Shown in pieces: positions 51,423 through 62,584 of a DNA stretch of 64,000 nt (the stretch's first letter is position 1; each line of letters begins with the position of its first letter). The notes under the pieces were generated by a model. It saw nothing but the letters and a program-made list of their open reading frames with translations, had not been told where the DNA came from and searched no databases. The position numbers and the translations under genes are program-made. The DNA comes from Naegleria gruberi (lineage: Eukaryota), in NCBI GenBank assembly GCA_000004985.1, contig GG738915.1; one strand, given 5' to 3'.

Positions 51423-53988
51423 TTAGAAATAGGCAAAGAAGAATGATATCACAATAATCAGATAGACTACTAACAAGCTGAAACCATGGAAATAATTGGA
51501 TTTACCATCAATGGTAACATAATTAAGAATGATTACAGCAAAGAAAATAGCTACCAAGTCCAATCTTGGGAATGTAAGAGAAAATACCTTTGTAATGTCT
51601 TCTTGGAAAATAATAGTACTGAAAATAACAAGAGCTGGAATTTGGATTAAAGCTGTTTGAATACCAGCAACATTACCAATTTCCAAAGATAATGTAACAT
51701 TATTTTGTAATGCAAACTATAAAATTTGTGGTGAGAATTACAACAGTATTGTTAAATTATACAAACCTTAATAGCACTGACAATTTCTGAAATATTTGGA
51801 ACGAGAGCGAAAATCGTAAGACCAGCAAACTCTAATGGAATACCCAGAGGTTCAAATGCTGGCTCTAGAGATTTTGTCATGGCTTCAGCGACAAAAGCAA
51901 ATGCTATTGTTGCAATGAGAAGAATGAGTACACAAACCCAACGAGGCCATTCAGCAGCACCGTGACCACCTGGAGTCTTTCCTGTACCATCATTATCTTC
52001 TTCATCAACCTTTGGAGCTCTGAGATAATACTTGTTGTGAGTCTTGAGTGAGAAAATCAAACCAACAAGATAGGCAAGTGGTAGAATTGCAGCTGTAGTT
52101 AAGGCTAATGGTTTTGCCTTATGTTGATAAATTGGATCTTTAGTAAAGTCCTTCTCTACATAGATGCAATTTTGACAGGCAAGATGGTATGGAACTGTTG
52201 TACCGTTTCCAGTATTATTTTGACCACCTGGGTAAGGGAGTGAAGCAGTGCCATTTGCAGTGTTATTGAAAAAGATAGCCAAATCTACACAACTGAGACA
52301 GGTTAATTCATAATCTGAATATATGTGTTAATAAAATGTTAAATTACTGGTCAACTTACTGCCATAAATTGTGTAGAATAATGAAGGAACAAAACAACCA
52401 ACGGTAGCGACAAGCAATAAAAGAGATGAGGTACCTGCAGCATGTTTGTTAAAATATTGAACTCTATGTTTGAAACCTCCAAATATCATACTAAGTCCAG
52501 GAATCAACAAAGTATCACCCAAAAATGATCCTGTAACGGCTTGCATGACAATCGCACTCATACCCTTGTAAAGAGTGGCAAAGTAAAGAATAATTTCAAC
52601 AACTGAACCGAAAGAAGCATTAAGGAAAGCACCCACAACATAGTTACTCTGTGCTGAAATAGAACTGACAGCCTTACTAATGTAATAACTCAATGGAATG
52701 ACAGCTAAAATACAAGTAACAAAAATTCCAACACCATATTCCTCAACAAATTCATCACTGAAAGCAAACCCTAAAACAATACTAAGTGGTACGAAAGGAA
52801 GCATGTTGAACAATAAAACATTAGCACCAAACAAGGAATACTTGTAATAGTAAAGATTGAAAGCTTGGTATGTACAGACCATGATATCACTTTCAACATT
52901 TGGTGGAAACTCGTCACTAACATGGAGCTCTAAAAAGCTCTTATATAAAAGCTTTAAACCATGGAACTGGACTTTGGTAGTGGGTATACCAAATACAGTA
53001 AGCCAAGAAAGTACACAGCATACGCAGTGCACAATAAATAAAATTGGAGCAGGGAAAATGCACCAAATCACCATACCAACAATTCTTAAAAACTTTTTAC
53101 CACCTGATTCTCTTGCATTCTCATCATAGTACACTTCTTCTGACTCATTTGGCATCAGTGAACTATTTTCAGAATTAACAGCATGGTTGTGAGGAACAAT
53201 TCGCTCAATATATTTACCAAATGGCCAGAAATAATAAAAAGCCATAGATAAACACTTATTTCCATATGGAATGCAAAATATTGTCAAATAACACAATAAG
53301 GCAACAAAGATATAACTCAAAAATAACCACCATCCCCAAAGTAATGAGTAAACAATATTTCCGAATGAAATCATTCTATTCTTTTCAGGTTTTTTCACTT
53401 GTTCTGGTTTAAGATCACCCACTTGTTCATACAAGGTTTTAACCTTTTCACTTCTTTCATTAATGTCTCTTACAGTTACGTGACCTATTCCGAGTGTCAC
53501 AAATAATAATGAATTTTTAACATACCTGCAAAAGGCATAATACCAAACATGGTATTCATAATGGATTTTTTAACTTCAATTTCATTTTCTCCATCAACAG
53601 TAATATCATCTTCGTTTTCATCTTGATCCTCAAATCTCAAAGAATATCTTTTTCTTCTCTTTAGTGAAGAAGATGAATTCAAAGCATGTTGAAAATCCTC
53701 ATGATATTCACTACTACTGTCCTTTCTATCAAATGATCGAATAATATCCCTCGATGAATCTCCATACGGCCCATAATCACCTTCCGATTCAATAGGTTCT
53801 TCCAAGGGTATATATCCCCGAGTGGTACTATTATTATTATTACTACTATTAACATCGCCTTGTTGTTGATATGAAGAGTGTTGTTGTTGTATGTGGTCAT
53901 CACCTCCATCACCACTAACAATATTCGGATGATTGCCTGCACCACTACTGTTACGTCGCCCTCCAGCACTCTCTTGATTTTGCCGCAT
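51423..53988 (-). CDS. CAX: CaCA-family Ca2+/H+ exchanger (CAX-like) with an N-terminal YccF/DUF307-like membrane segment and a long S/N/acidic cytosolic N-terminus. Exons complement(join(51423..51716,51767..52314,52360..53484,53526..53988)).
   Basis: Alpha-1 repeat 'GAFLNASFGSVVEIILYFATLYKG...VTGSFLGDTLLIPGLSMIFGG'. Alpha-2 repeat 'GLTIFALVPNISEIVSAIKFA'. Introns of 41, 45 and 50 nt (GTATGT, GTAAGT and GTTTGT donors) restore a continuous 809-aa frame. 'NIVYSLLWGWWLFLSYIFVALLCYLTIFCIPYG' is YccF-like. Confidence 0.75.
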
Positions 53989-54360
53989 TTTTTTTGATGA
54001 AGAAATTTGAAAATTCGTAAAGTATCTTCTTTGCTGATGATTCTTGTTCGCTCTTGTTGAATAATCATCAAATAGCAAGTGATAGGATGTGAATTGATGA
54101 ACACGAATTCAAGGTTGGTTTTGGATATGTTGAAGGTTAGAGGAAAATTGCATTTTGTATAGAAGGAGTACAATGTTAATACTCCGAGGGCAGGTAGATT
54201 TTTTGTGTCGAATCGTTTTGGGTATTGTAAGTTCTGTCAGGTAACTTTGCAAATATTTTGTCATACATTTATAATCTTAATGATCACAGTTGAGCTGTTT
54301 TACAATCTTGTTGTAAATTGTAAAGTTTTGGATTTATCAATTCAAATCAGACTGAAAAAA

Positions 54361-55528
54361 ATGGGACAATCACAACCATCGTATCCTGCCTCTACTCCAC
54401 CATGCAATTGTGATGATAAACACAACGTGAGAGAGAGTGTCATTAAAAAGATTGGAAATGTCAGAATGGTTCCGATTGATATTTTCCAAACATTGTTGGA
54501 ACAAGAGGAGAAGAATGATGAGAATTTAATTGATTTATTTAATGAGGAAAATTGTTCGATTTATGAGAAGGAATTACCTCATGAATTATTTATTCATATT
54601 TTAGGATATCTTACAGGGAGTGAAATTGTAAAACTGGGACGAACTTGTAAAAATTTTCAGTTTTATTGGATTAGAAATAGGACCTTGTGGAAAGGGATAT
54701 TGCAAAAGGAAGAACGTGATGATTTTGTTCCTTTCATGTATTTTAGACCAATTTTTGATTCATCAATGATTCAATCTATAATTTATTATCATACATATTT
54801 TATTCCACTTATTAGGAACTCATTCAAACGTAGTGATGAAAAGCAGATAAAAGCTTTTACCAAGACTGTACTGTTAGGACCTGAAGGAAGTGGAAAATCT
54901 GAAATTGTAGCAAGAATTGTCGGTAAAGACTTTGATCCTACTTATACTCCTACAATTGGTATGTTTTTTAATAATATTTTCAGACATTTATAAAGATTTA
55001 TTAGGTGTTGAGTTTGCAATGGTACCATATCAATTAAGCACTGGAATTAATGTTAAAATGCAGTACTGGGATGCTTCAGGCAAACCTACTTTCAACTCAC
55101 TTTCGAGAGCCTACACGAGAGGTGTACATGTAATCGGTTTCTGTTTTGATTTAAACAATGAAGAGTCATTTTCAGAAATGAAGAACAGAGTTGAGATTTA
55201 TAGAAATGAGAATTTTTCAAATTTAAAGTGGAATGCAAACCTGAAGGAGGAAAACGCTCACCTTTTAATTCTCGGAATGAAAAGAGATTTGGAGAGAAAG
55301 GTATCGATACAGCAAGTAAAAGAATACATTTCCGAACTAATTCAAGTAAAAAAGGAAGGAATATTACTGAAAGATTTGAGAATTCAATATTTTGAATTGA
55401 GTAACAAGACAGACACGATAGAAATGATAGAATTTCCGTTTATGTATGGTGTCCTCCAAGTAGAAGATAAGCTGGCAGTCGAAAGTCCACCACAACCTGT
55501 ACATGGTAATCTTCCTGCCAAGAAATAA
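54361..55528 (+). CDS. F-box domain fused to a divergent Ras-superfamily small GTPase. Exons join(54361..54958,55005..55528).
   Basis: F-box 'LPHELFIHILGYLTGSEIVKLGRTCKNFQ'. P-loop 'LLGPEGSGKSE'. Switch region 'PTIG|VEFAM' spans a 46-nt GTATGT...ttag intron. G3 'WDASG'. G4-like 'LGMKRD'. Confidence 0.65.
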
Positions 55529-55682
55529 CATCATTTCACAATTCCTATCAAACAACGATTTTTTGTAAAGTTTAGCGAAATTGGAACATACAAATCACCG
55601 CCATAAACACTACAAAAAAAAATAGCAAAATCAAGATTTCTGGATTTCTTCGGATTGATTTTGTATGCCAATACTTTGAAAA

Positions 55683-57404
55683 ATGATAACACCAACAATA
55701 TTCAATAGTGATGTGCGGGGGATGGTTGATGATGAAGATGATTGTCAAATGGTGATTTCACCAATGGAAAGATATTCGGATCATTCATTAGTCAATTTAC
55801 CTTCCGAGATTATTCATTTAATTTGTCAATATTTGCAATCACATGATTTGTTTTATTCATTGTTTGCTTTGAGTAGACATTGGTATGAATCATTGGCAAT
55901 GTATCCAACAATATTTCTGAGAAGATGTAAAAATGCAGAAGGTGCCATACAAGTATTGAGAAATAGATTTAAAGACTTGAGATTTCTTAATTTGAGTGGT
56001 TTGCAATTGTATGACGAAAATGGTTGCAAAACTGATTCATCGAATACTATTCTTAAGGTTTTGAGAGATTCAATGAGAGAGGGATGTACTAAATTGAACT
56101 ATTTCAGAATGGCTAATTGCTTAACTAGTCCAAAACAGGTCAAAGTCGATGAACCACAAAAAACTGAGGAGTTAACGCTCGATGAATATGACATGGTTGG
56201 TGATGGTAATAATTGGATTGCAGAGCCAGCTGGCAATGGCTATGGTGAAGAAGTTATCATTGAAGTTTCTCCGAAATTTATAGAAACAGTTGTGTTTGAA
56301 ATGATGGGACAAATTAAGAAAATTCAAGTAGAAGATATTATTGACCCATACGATGCTAATTGTAATGCCCAACCAAAGGAAGTATCGTTCTACATTTCCA
56401 GATGTAAAAATATTAGCACTGAGGCATTTGAATCGTTGGGTCGTAACCCAAGATTTTGTTCTTCAGTTACCAAAATGATGCTTGAATGGGATGTTGGAGT
56501 CAATAGCCAATCTATTTGCGTAATGTCTCAATATTTTACAAATATTACAAGTTTGAGTATCGCCAATTGTGTTAATATCGATTCTGCTGGTTTTGAGGCA
56601 ATAAGCAAAATGACTGGAATACATACTCTAACCCTAGTTGGTACTACAATTAGGGACGCTGATTTATTAACAATCTCTAAACTTCCAAACCTTAAAAGTA
56701 TCGACTTGACAGGATGTAAGAATACTGTCCAATCTGAGGAAACCATTGTGCAATTCTTGACAAACTGTCCTCAAATGGAAGAGCTATTCCTTGTTGATTG
56801 CAACTTGACTGATTGGACCTTGCATATTATTAAGGAAAAGCTCAAGAATTTGAAATTCTTGGACATTTCTTGGAATGTAGATTTCACAGATGAAGGAATG
56901 TTTAATATTCTTGGAGAATTACCAAACCTCGAAAGCTTTAACATTACCACTGGTGCAAAAATTGAATTAGCCATTCTACTAAAGGATGATAACTCGTTAT
57001 TGGCCTCGAGTGAGGATGTTGGAAAGGACCTCTATACCCCTCTCTTACCAAAGCTCACCAAATTGAACTTGAGCATGAGAAACTATCAGTGTAATGAAAG
57101 TATACAAGCTGTTTTAAGAAATACTCCTAATTTAGTATCCCTCCAACTATCTGGTTGTTCTCGCCTTACAGACGATTCCTTCTCTAACATTAATCCAAAA
57201 ATTTATCCTCTTCGTAAATTGAAAGAAGTTCACTTGATGCGTTGCTCTTGGTTGACTGACGAAAGTCTCAACAAGCTCATGCCACTTTGCATTTCAAGCC
57301 TAGAAAATCTATTCCTCCAAAGATCCAAATTCTCTAAACAAAAAATCGATGAATGGAAATATAAACTCGAGAATATCAAGAAAATTGGTTATCCAAAAAG
57401 GTAA
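55683..57404 (+). CDS. F-box/LRR-repeat protein (FBXL/Skp2-like)
   Basis: F-box 'LVNLPSEIIHLICQYLQSHDLFYSLFALSRHWYESL'. Then 10 or more cysteine-containing LRRs ('CPQMEELFLVDCNLTD', 'LKFLDISWNVDFTDEGM', ...). Confidence 0.7.
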   Translation: MITPTIFNSDVRGMVDDEDDCQMVISPMERYSDHSLVNLPSEIIHLICQYLQSHDLFYSLFALSRHWYESLAMYPTIFLRRCKNAEGAIQVLRNRFKDLRFLNLSGLQLYDENGCKTDSSNTILKVLRDSMREGCTKLNYFRMANCLTSPKQVKVDEPQKTEELTLDEYDMVGDGNNWIAEPAGNGYGEEVIIEVSPKFIETVVFEMMGQIKKIQVEDIIDPYDANCNAQPKEVSFYISRCKNISTEAFESLGRNPRFCSSVTKMMLEWDVGVNSQSICVMSQYFTNITSLSIANCVNIDSAGFEAISKMTGIHTLTLVGTTIRDADLLTISKLPNLKSIDLTGCKNTVQSEETIVQFLTNCPQMEELFLVDCNLTDWTLHIIKEKLKNLKFLDISWNVDFTDEGMFNILGELPNLESFNITTGAKIELAILLKDDNSLLASSEDVGKDLYTPLLPKLTKLNLSMRNYQCNESIQAVLRNTPNLVSLQLSGCSRLTDDSFSNINPKIYPLRKLKEVHLMRCSWLTDESLNKLMPLCISSLENLFLQRSKFSKQKIDEWKYKLENIKKIGYPKR

Positions 57405-57439
57405 ATAAAATATTAATAAAAATTTAAAATTAGAAAAAA

Positions 57440-58696
57440 ATGTCTAAACATTCTAGAGGAGGAATCCTTGATGGTCTTACTGATGAAGGATTCGTTGGAG
57501 AACAAGTTGAACATGTAGAGAAGAGGAGTGATGATCGGAGATCTTCATCTATGGTCAACTCGGAAGCAGAACCATCATCATCAAACAATACAGAAAATAC
57601 AAATCAGGAGGATGATGATTCCGGAAGAAAACAAATAGAGTGGATGTACAATAAAGATTATGATAAAGTGAATGAGGAAAGTTTGGAAGAATATTTAGTA
57701 GGAAAAAAGAGCATTGAAAAGTTGGTTCAGGGAGGAGATTTAGTGGATAATGATTATAAAATCATGCTGGAACAAAAGAAGGCTGGTGCATTGTTTTTAC
57801 ATAGCCACGAAAATAGACATCACTCTGGAGAAGCAATAATTGATGATCCGATGATTAAAATCAAACATGAATCACTTATGAGAATGAAAATGTATTTACA
57901 AAATCCAGAATTATTACAAAAAGAACTTGAAAAGAGAAAGAAGGAAAAGAAGGAAAAGAAAAAGAAGGAAAAAAAGGAAAAAAAGGAAAAGAAGAAGGAA
58001 AAGAAAGATAAGAAAGAGAAGAAGGAAAAAAAAGAAAAGAAAAAGGATAAAAAGAGAAAAGATTATTCAAGTGATAGTAGCTATACAAGTTATTCCAGCG
58101 ATGAACCAAAGGAAAAGAAGAAAAAGATAGAACCAAAAACTAAAGCTAGCTCTGAACCAAAAGAAACCCCTAAAACAAATCTATCAAATTCTGAAAAGGA
58201 ACCATCTAGCTCAACACACAAAGATGATAAATATAATAGAAACGATGATAAATATTATAGAGAAAGAGCGTATGACAGAAGAGATGATAGAAGAGACGAC
58301 AGAAGGTTCAATGACGATTATTATAGAGATGATAGAAATTATGATAGAGATTACAATAGAAGGGATTCATATCGTAACGAAAGATCTCGAGACAGATATT
58401 ATGATGACAGGAGGGATAGAAGTTATAATGAAAGAAAGTACAACGATAGAGATTATGAAAAAAGTAGAAAGAATGAAAATGTTTATGCCAAGGATGACTC
58501 ACAAAAGCAACTAGATCAAATGCTCAAAAATGGACAGCAAAGAGAACAGCAAAAACAAGAAAGCAAACTCAAATCACTTCAAGAAAAGGAAGAAATTCTC
58601 AATACTGCACCACAAGCCATCCACAATGAAAAGGCAACCTTTTTACAACAAACCAGAAAAGACACATACATGAATAAATCGTTCAACAAGCGGTAA
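57440..58696 (+). CDS. CWC25: CWC25-like pre-mRNA splicing factor (K/E- and RD-rich)
   Basis: 'RKQIEWMYNKDYDKVNEESLEEYLVGKKSIEK' (human CWC25 'KLDWMYQGPGGMVNRDEYLLGRPIDK'). 'DDPMIKIKHESLMRMKMYLQNPELLQKELEKRKKEKKEKKKK' (CWC25 'EDPLFIIRKKEEEKKREVLNNPVKMKKIKELL...KKEKKKK'). RD/RY-rich tail. Confidence 0.5.
   Translation: MSKHSRGGILDGLTDEGFVGEQVEHVEKRSDDRRSSSMVNSEAEPSSSNNTENTNQEDDDSGRKQIEWMYNKDYDKVNEESLEEYLVGKKSIEKLVQGGDLVDNDYKIMLEQKKAGALFLHSHENRHHSGEAIIDDPMIKIKHESLMRMKMYLQNPELLQKELEKRKKEKKEKKKKEKKEKKEKKKEKKDKKEKKEKKEKKKDKKRKDYSSDSSYTSYSSDEPKEKKKKIEPKTKASSEPKETPKTNLSNSEKEPSSSTHKDDKYNRNDDKYYRERAYDRRDDRRDDRRFNDDYYRDDRNYDRDYNRRDSYRNERSRDRYYDDRRDRSYNERKYNDRDYEKSRKNENVYAKDDSQKQLDQMLKNGQQREQQKQESKLKSLQEKEEILNTAPQAIHNEKATFLQQTRKDTYMNKSFNKR
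57925..58075. repeat. Imperfect (GAA/AAG)n purine-rich coding repeat encoding (KEKK)n
   Basis: 'aagaaggaaaagaaggaaaagaaaaagaaggaaaaaaaggaaaaaaagg...'. The antisense ORFs 57876..58136 and 57927..58130 are artefacts of this repeat. Confidence 0.6.
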
Positions 58697-60733
58697 TTAT
58701 TCCTGTAAAATCAAATCTGATGCAATTTCTGCAATCATTACAATTGGAGCTTGAGTATTTCCTCTGACAATAGATGGAAATACTGAACCATCTACAACTC
58801 TCAAATTTTCCACACCAAACACTCTCAACTTTTCATCGACTACTCCTAGTTCAGAATTTTCACTCATTCTACAAGTTCCAACAGGGTGATAAATCATATC
58901 TACATGTTTCACTACGTATTCAATAATGTGAGCCCTTTGTTCAGTTTCTGTTGGCGAGCTCTTGATAGTATCCATCAAGGCTTGCACTCTTGGATGAGGT
59001 TTGATAAATATATTTTGCTTCATGAGATGGTCGCCAACTTGAAGCAACACTCTAATAGCCTCAGCCATTGTTTCCTTATCGTGTTTGTGTCCTACAAAGT
59101 TACTGTCAATTATAGGAGCCACAAATGGATTATTTGATTTGAGCTTTAAACCACCTCTAGATTTTGGTTGGAGAAGCAGTGGAATAAATGTAAAACCATG
59201 TTGGTGTAAGTGTAATGTTTCACTGTTTTCCATGACTGTTGGCGTATTGTGAACTTGAATATCGTGGGAGTCACAGTGATGCTTGTTGTAACATTGTTGA
59301 TTTTTAACATCCCATAGTGAAGGAGGATACGAGTTCACTAACTCGTTTTTACAAACCTTTGTTTTGAGTAGACCATTCAAACCAATTCCATTAGTTCCTA
59401 AAACTCCAGATCCTTCAAATAATACTTTGTAAATTTCATTGGGCTTGAATAACACACTCAAAACACTATCATAATCCCAACTGATATAATAAGGAACATG
59501 AATAGCAAGATGATCGTGTAAATGTTTTCCAACATTCTTATTATCAACTATTGTTGTAATATTGTGCTTGGATAATTCTTTTGAATCTCCAATACCAGAA
59601 AGCATCAATAATTGAGGTGAGTTAATAGCACCACCTGAAAGAATAACTTCTTTTCTCACTCTTTTTTCAACGTAGGCCTTTTTTCTCCTATCAAAGTATC
59701 TGACACCAACAGCCTTATTTCCTTCGAATAAAATATTGGTGGCCAAGGCTTCAGTTCTTACAAATAGATTTGGTCTTTTGAGAACTGTATCATTCAGGAA
59801 GGCATCAGCAGTACTGAAACGTCTACCATGCAAACTGTGAATCTGTGTAGTTCCTACAGCACCATATTCTACAAAATCTGATTGACTGTTATCTTTTGAA
59901 TGAGTAATTTTTGGATTATTGAGATCTCTCACGATTGGAATTGAAAGCACTTGACTCATGGCCTTAACTACTGGCTCAATAATTGAGAAAGTTTCTCCTT
60001 GTTCCTTCACAATCCATTCTCCATTTCTTCCATGATACTCATCTGAGAATATTTCTGCTGGACCTTGTTGTGCTTCTGATTTCTTAAAGTACTTGAGAAC
60101 ATGTTCAAAATTCCAAATCTTACTCTTTCCTCCAAATTCACATTCATTCCATGTATCATAATCCTGTGGACTTCCTCTCATATAAATCATTGCATTCATT
60201 GATGAACTACCTCCCAATATCTTTCCTCTTGGCCAAAACATCTTTTTCAATAAATGTTTAGGATTAATCTCTGATTCCTCTCCAATAGTATAATATTGCC
60301 AATCATGAACACTCTTCAACATGAACAAGTATAATGGAGTAAACTTTGCTAGGGGTGTATTATCAGACTTTCCAGCCTCCAACAATAATACTGAATGATT
60401 AACATTTTGACTCAGCCTTTTTTCAAAGAGTTTCAAAAGTTATCATTGATCATCATCAACATATTCATTAATATATTAATATGTATTAATTGATAATAAT
60501 TAAAAAGAAACTATGCAAATAAAAACAAACCTATTGGCCAAGACCGATCCTGCACTTCCACTTCCCACAATTATAAAATCAAACTCTTTGGGATCTTGAT
60601 GATTTTGAAATCTTTCATGTTGTTCCGAGAGACGATCAGGAAACCAAACGTGCGAATAGAGAAAAGTAAAGATTAGAAATAGAGAGAAAAGAAGGAAGAG
60701 TGTTGTCCTGAATAGTGTACCAAGTATGGACAT
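58697..60733 (-). CDS. GMC-family FAD oxidoreductase (choline dehydrogenase-like) with N-terminal membrane anchor. Exons complement(join(58697..60416,60531..60733)).
   Basis: Rossmann 'FDFIIVGSGSAGSVLANR|LSQNVNHSVLLLEAGK' spans a 114-nt GTTTGT...aaaaag intron. C-terminal GMC signatures 'GGSSSMNAMIYMRG' and 'HPVGTCRMS'. N-terminal TM 'TLFLLFSLFLIFTFLY'. Confidence 0.8.
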
Positions 60734-60934
60734 TTTTTTTATTAAATATTTGAAATATTATTTAATATTATTATTATATTTATTAAAACTATTGTAACCA
60801 CTATCAAAGTGTTAATCAATAGGTTGTGGAAATGAATAATTGATTGTGATTTGCCAATTTAGTCCTGTATGGTTAGTGGTAGTTTGAGAGTTTTGATTAT
60901 TACAAAAAACATTTAAATTATTTAAATTGCTTAA

Positions 60935-62422
60935 TTATTTATTGTTAACTTGATGTTTACGACTCATGGATTGATCTTCAAAAAAATTATGCTTGTATTC
61001 GAGTAATTGCAAATTTGGAAAGTTTTGACTTTTTTGAATTATTTCAAAATCAAAAACATTGTCATTACCAGAAATATCCAATTCTGTAATTCTTGTGAAA
61101 TTGGTAGAATTAGCCAAAGTAGAGCAATTATCCTCTTCTAATTGAGTATTACATAAATTTAAGTATGTCAATCTTGTAATAAATTTACTAGTTGCCAAAT
61201 AAGTACAACCTTCAGATCCAATGGGATTTGATTTTAATTGTAATTCTTGTAATTTTGAAAGTGTTGGTGAATTAGTTAAATATTTCAAACATTCTGCTGT
61301 CAATTCACAATAACTCAAAGATAAATCAGTTAAATTTCCAAATACCTTTTCGTTTTCACTTAAAACTTTACAAGATTCTTCATTTAATTTAATATTATCT
61401 AATATTAATCTACATAATTTCAATGAACTTTTAGCTAGAAAATTAATTGAATTAAAGGAGCAAAAAGTTCTTCCTAAATTCAAACTTTGTAAATTTTTAA
61501 AAAGTTCATTATTTTCAGAAATGAATTGACAAACCATGTCAGAACTAGGTGTTCCAAATAAAACTAATTTCTTCAATTTTGGTAAATTCTCTAAAATTTT
61601 AATGAATATAGAATCATTACATTTGCTACAGCCAATATCTAATTCTGTTAATTGATCTAATTTGGCATTTTGTAAAGATAGATCATTAAAAAGAACATAT
61701 TCACCAGCTCTATGAAGATTCAATACCTTTAAATTACTTAATTTATCACCGATATTAATATAGTTCAATCTAATATTATTATTTAAATGTAATTCTGTTA
61801 AATTTGGTAATGGATTTTCTAGATCTAAAGAAACAATTCCACAATCATTAATTTTTAAAACTTTTAAATTCTTTACAATATTAGAAGTAAAAATAGTATC
61901 CAATCCATAATTATTCGACAAATCAAGACTAGTTAATTGATTGTTTAAATTTGGTAACAAAACTTGTTGAATACATTCACTAAACTCATATCTACAACCA
62001 ACACGTAGAGATTCTAAATTTTCCAATAATTCATCATCAATTCTTTCATTTTTAAATGGAATTCCTTCACCTAAACATAAACTTTTTAACTTTCCTGTTT
62101 TGAAATAGTGAATTTTACGTAATTCAGAAATTATCATTTCTCCACCTTTGAATCCACTCAAATTCAATCCAGTTAAATTAAAATTAATACCCATAGTACT
62201 GATTGTTTTAACATTCTTCTTTACATTACTAAATTGTGAATTACTTTTAAATTCAATAGACACTGGAATGGGAAGAGAAAATTCCCTCCACAATTTACAA
62301 ACTTTTAAACAGTTCAAAATAGATTGGCCATCACAATAGTATAAAATATATTTCAACTCATCGTGTGCAAGATCATCAATTGCAACGATTCCGACTTTAT
62401 CATGAGCTGCTTGAGTTGCCAT
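60935..62422 (-). CDS. RNI-like LRR protein with F-box-like N-terminus (similar architecture to 6044..7561)
   Basis: 'LKYILYYCDGQSILNCLKVCKLWREF', then about 14 'L..L.L..N.I' repeats. Confidence 0.7.
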   Translation of the reverse strand: MATQAAHDKVGIVAIDDLAHDELKYILYYCDGQSILNCLKVCKLWREFSLPIPVSIEFKSNSQFSNVKKNVKTISTMGINFNLTGLNLSGFKGGEMIISELRKIHYFKTGKLKSLCLGEGIPFKNERIDDELLENLESLRVGCRYEFSECIQQVLLPNLNNQLTSLDLSNNYGLDTIFTSNIVKNLKVLKINDCGIVSLDLENPLPNLTELHLNNNIRLNYINIGDKLSNLKVLNLHRAGEYVLFNDLSLQNAKLDQLTELDIGCSKCNDSIFIKILENLPKLKKLVLFGTPSSDMVCQFISENNELFKNLQSLNLGRTFCSFNSINFLAKSSLKLCRLILDNIKLNEESCKVLSENEKVFGNLTDLSLSYCELTAECLKYLTNSPTLSKLQELQLKSNPIGSEGCTYLATSKFITRLTYLNLCNTQLEEDNCSTLANSTNFTRITELDISGNDNVFDFEIIQKSQNFPNLQLLEYKHNFFEDQSMSRKHQVNNK

Positions 62423-62584
62423 TTTTTTTGATTACAGAAAAAGTTATAATAACTCATTCAACTGGTAGGTACCAATTAGAAGGTTACACTACAATCTAAT
62501 CGCTTTGACACATATATGGAACAAACCGTAGTGTGAGCTCAAAATCGAGGTGTATGTTTGGGTGGCAAACGAACTAACTCCAGT

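Noticed and set aside
57876-58136. Lys/Arg-rich (57927..58130 +) and Phe/Ser-rich (57876..58136 -) ORFs; I also checked whether this is a CRISPR-like array
   Set aside because: They are products of the imperfect (GAA/AAG)n repeat inside the CWC25-like gene. There are no spacer/repeat alternation and no cas genes, so it is not a CRISPR array.
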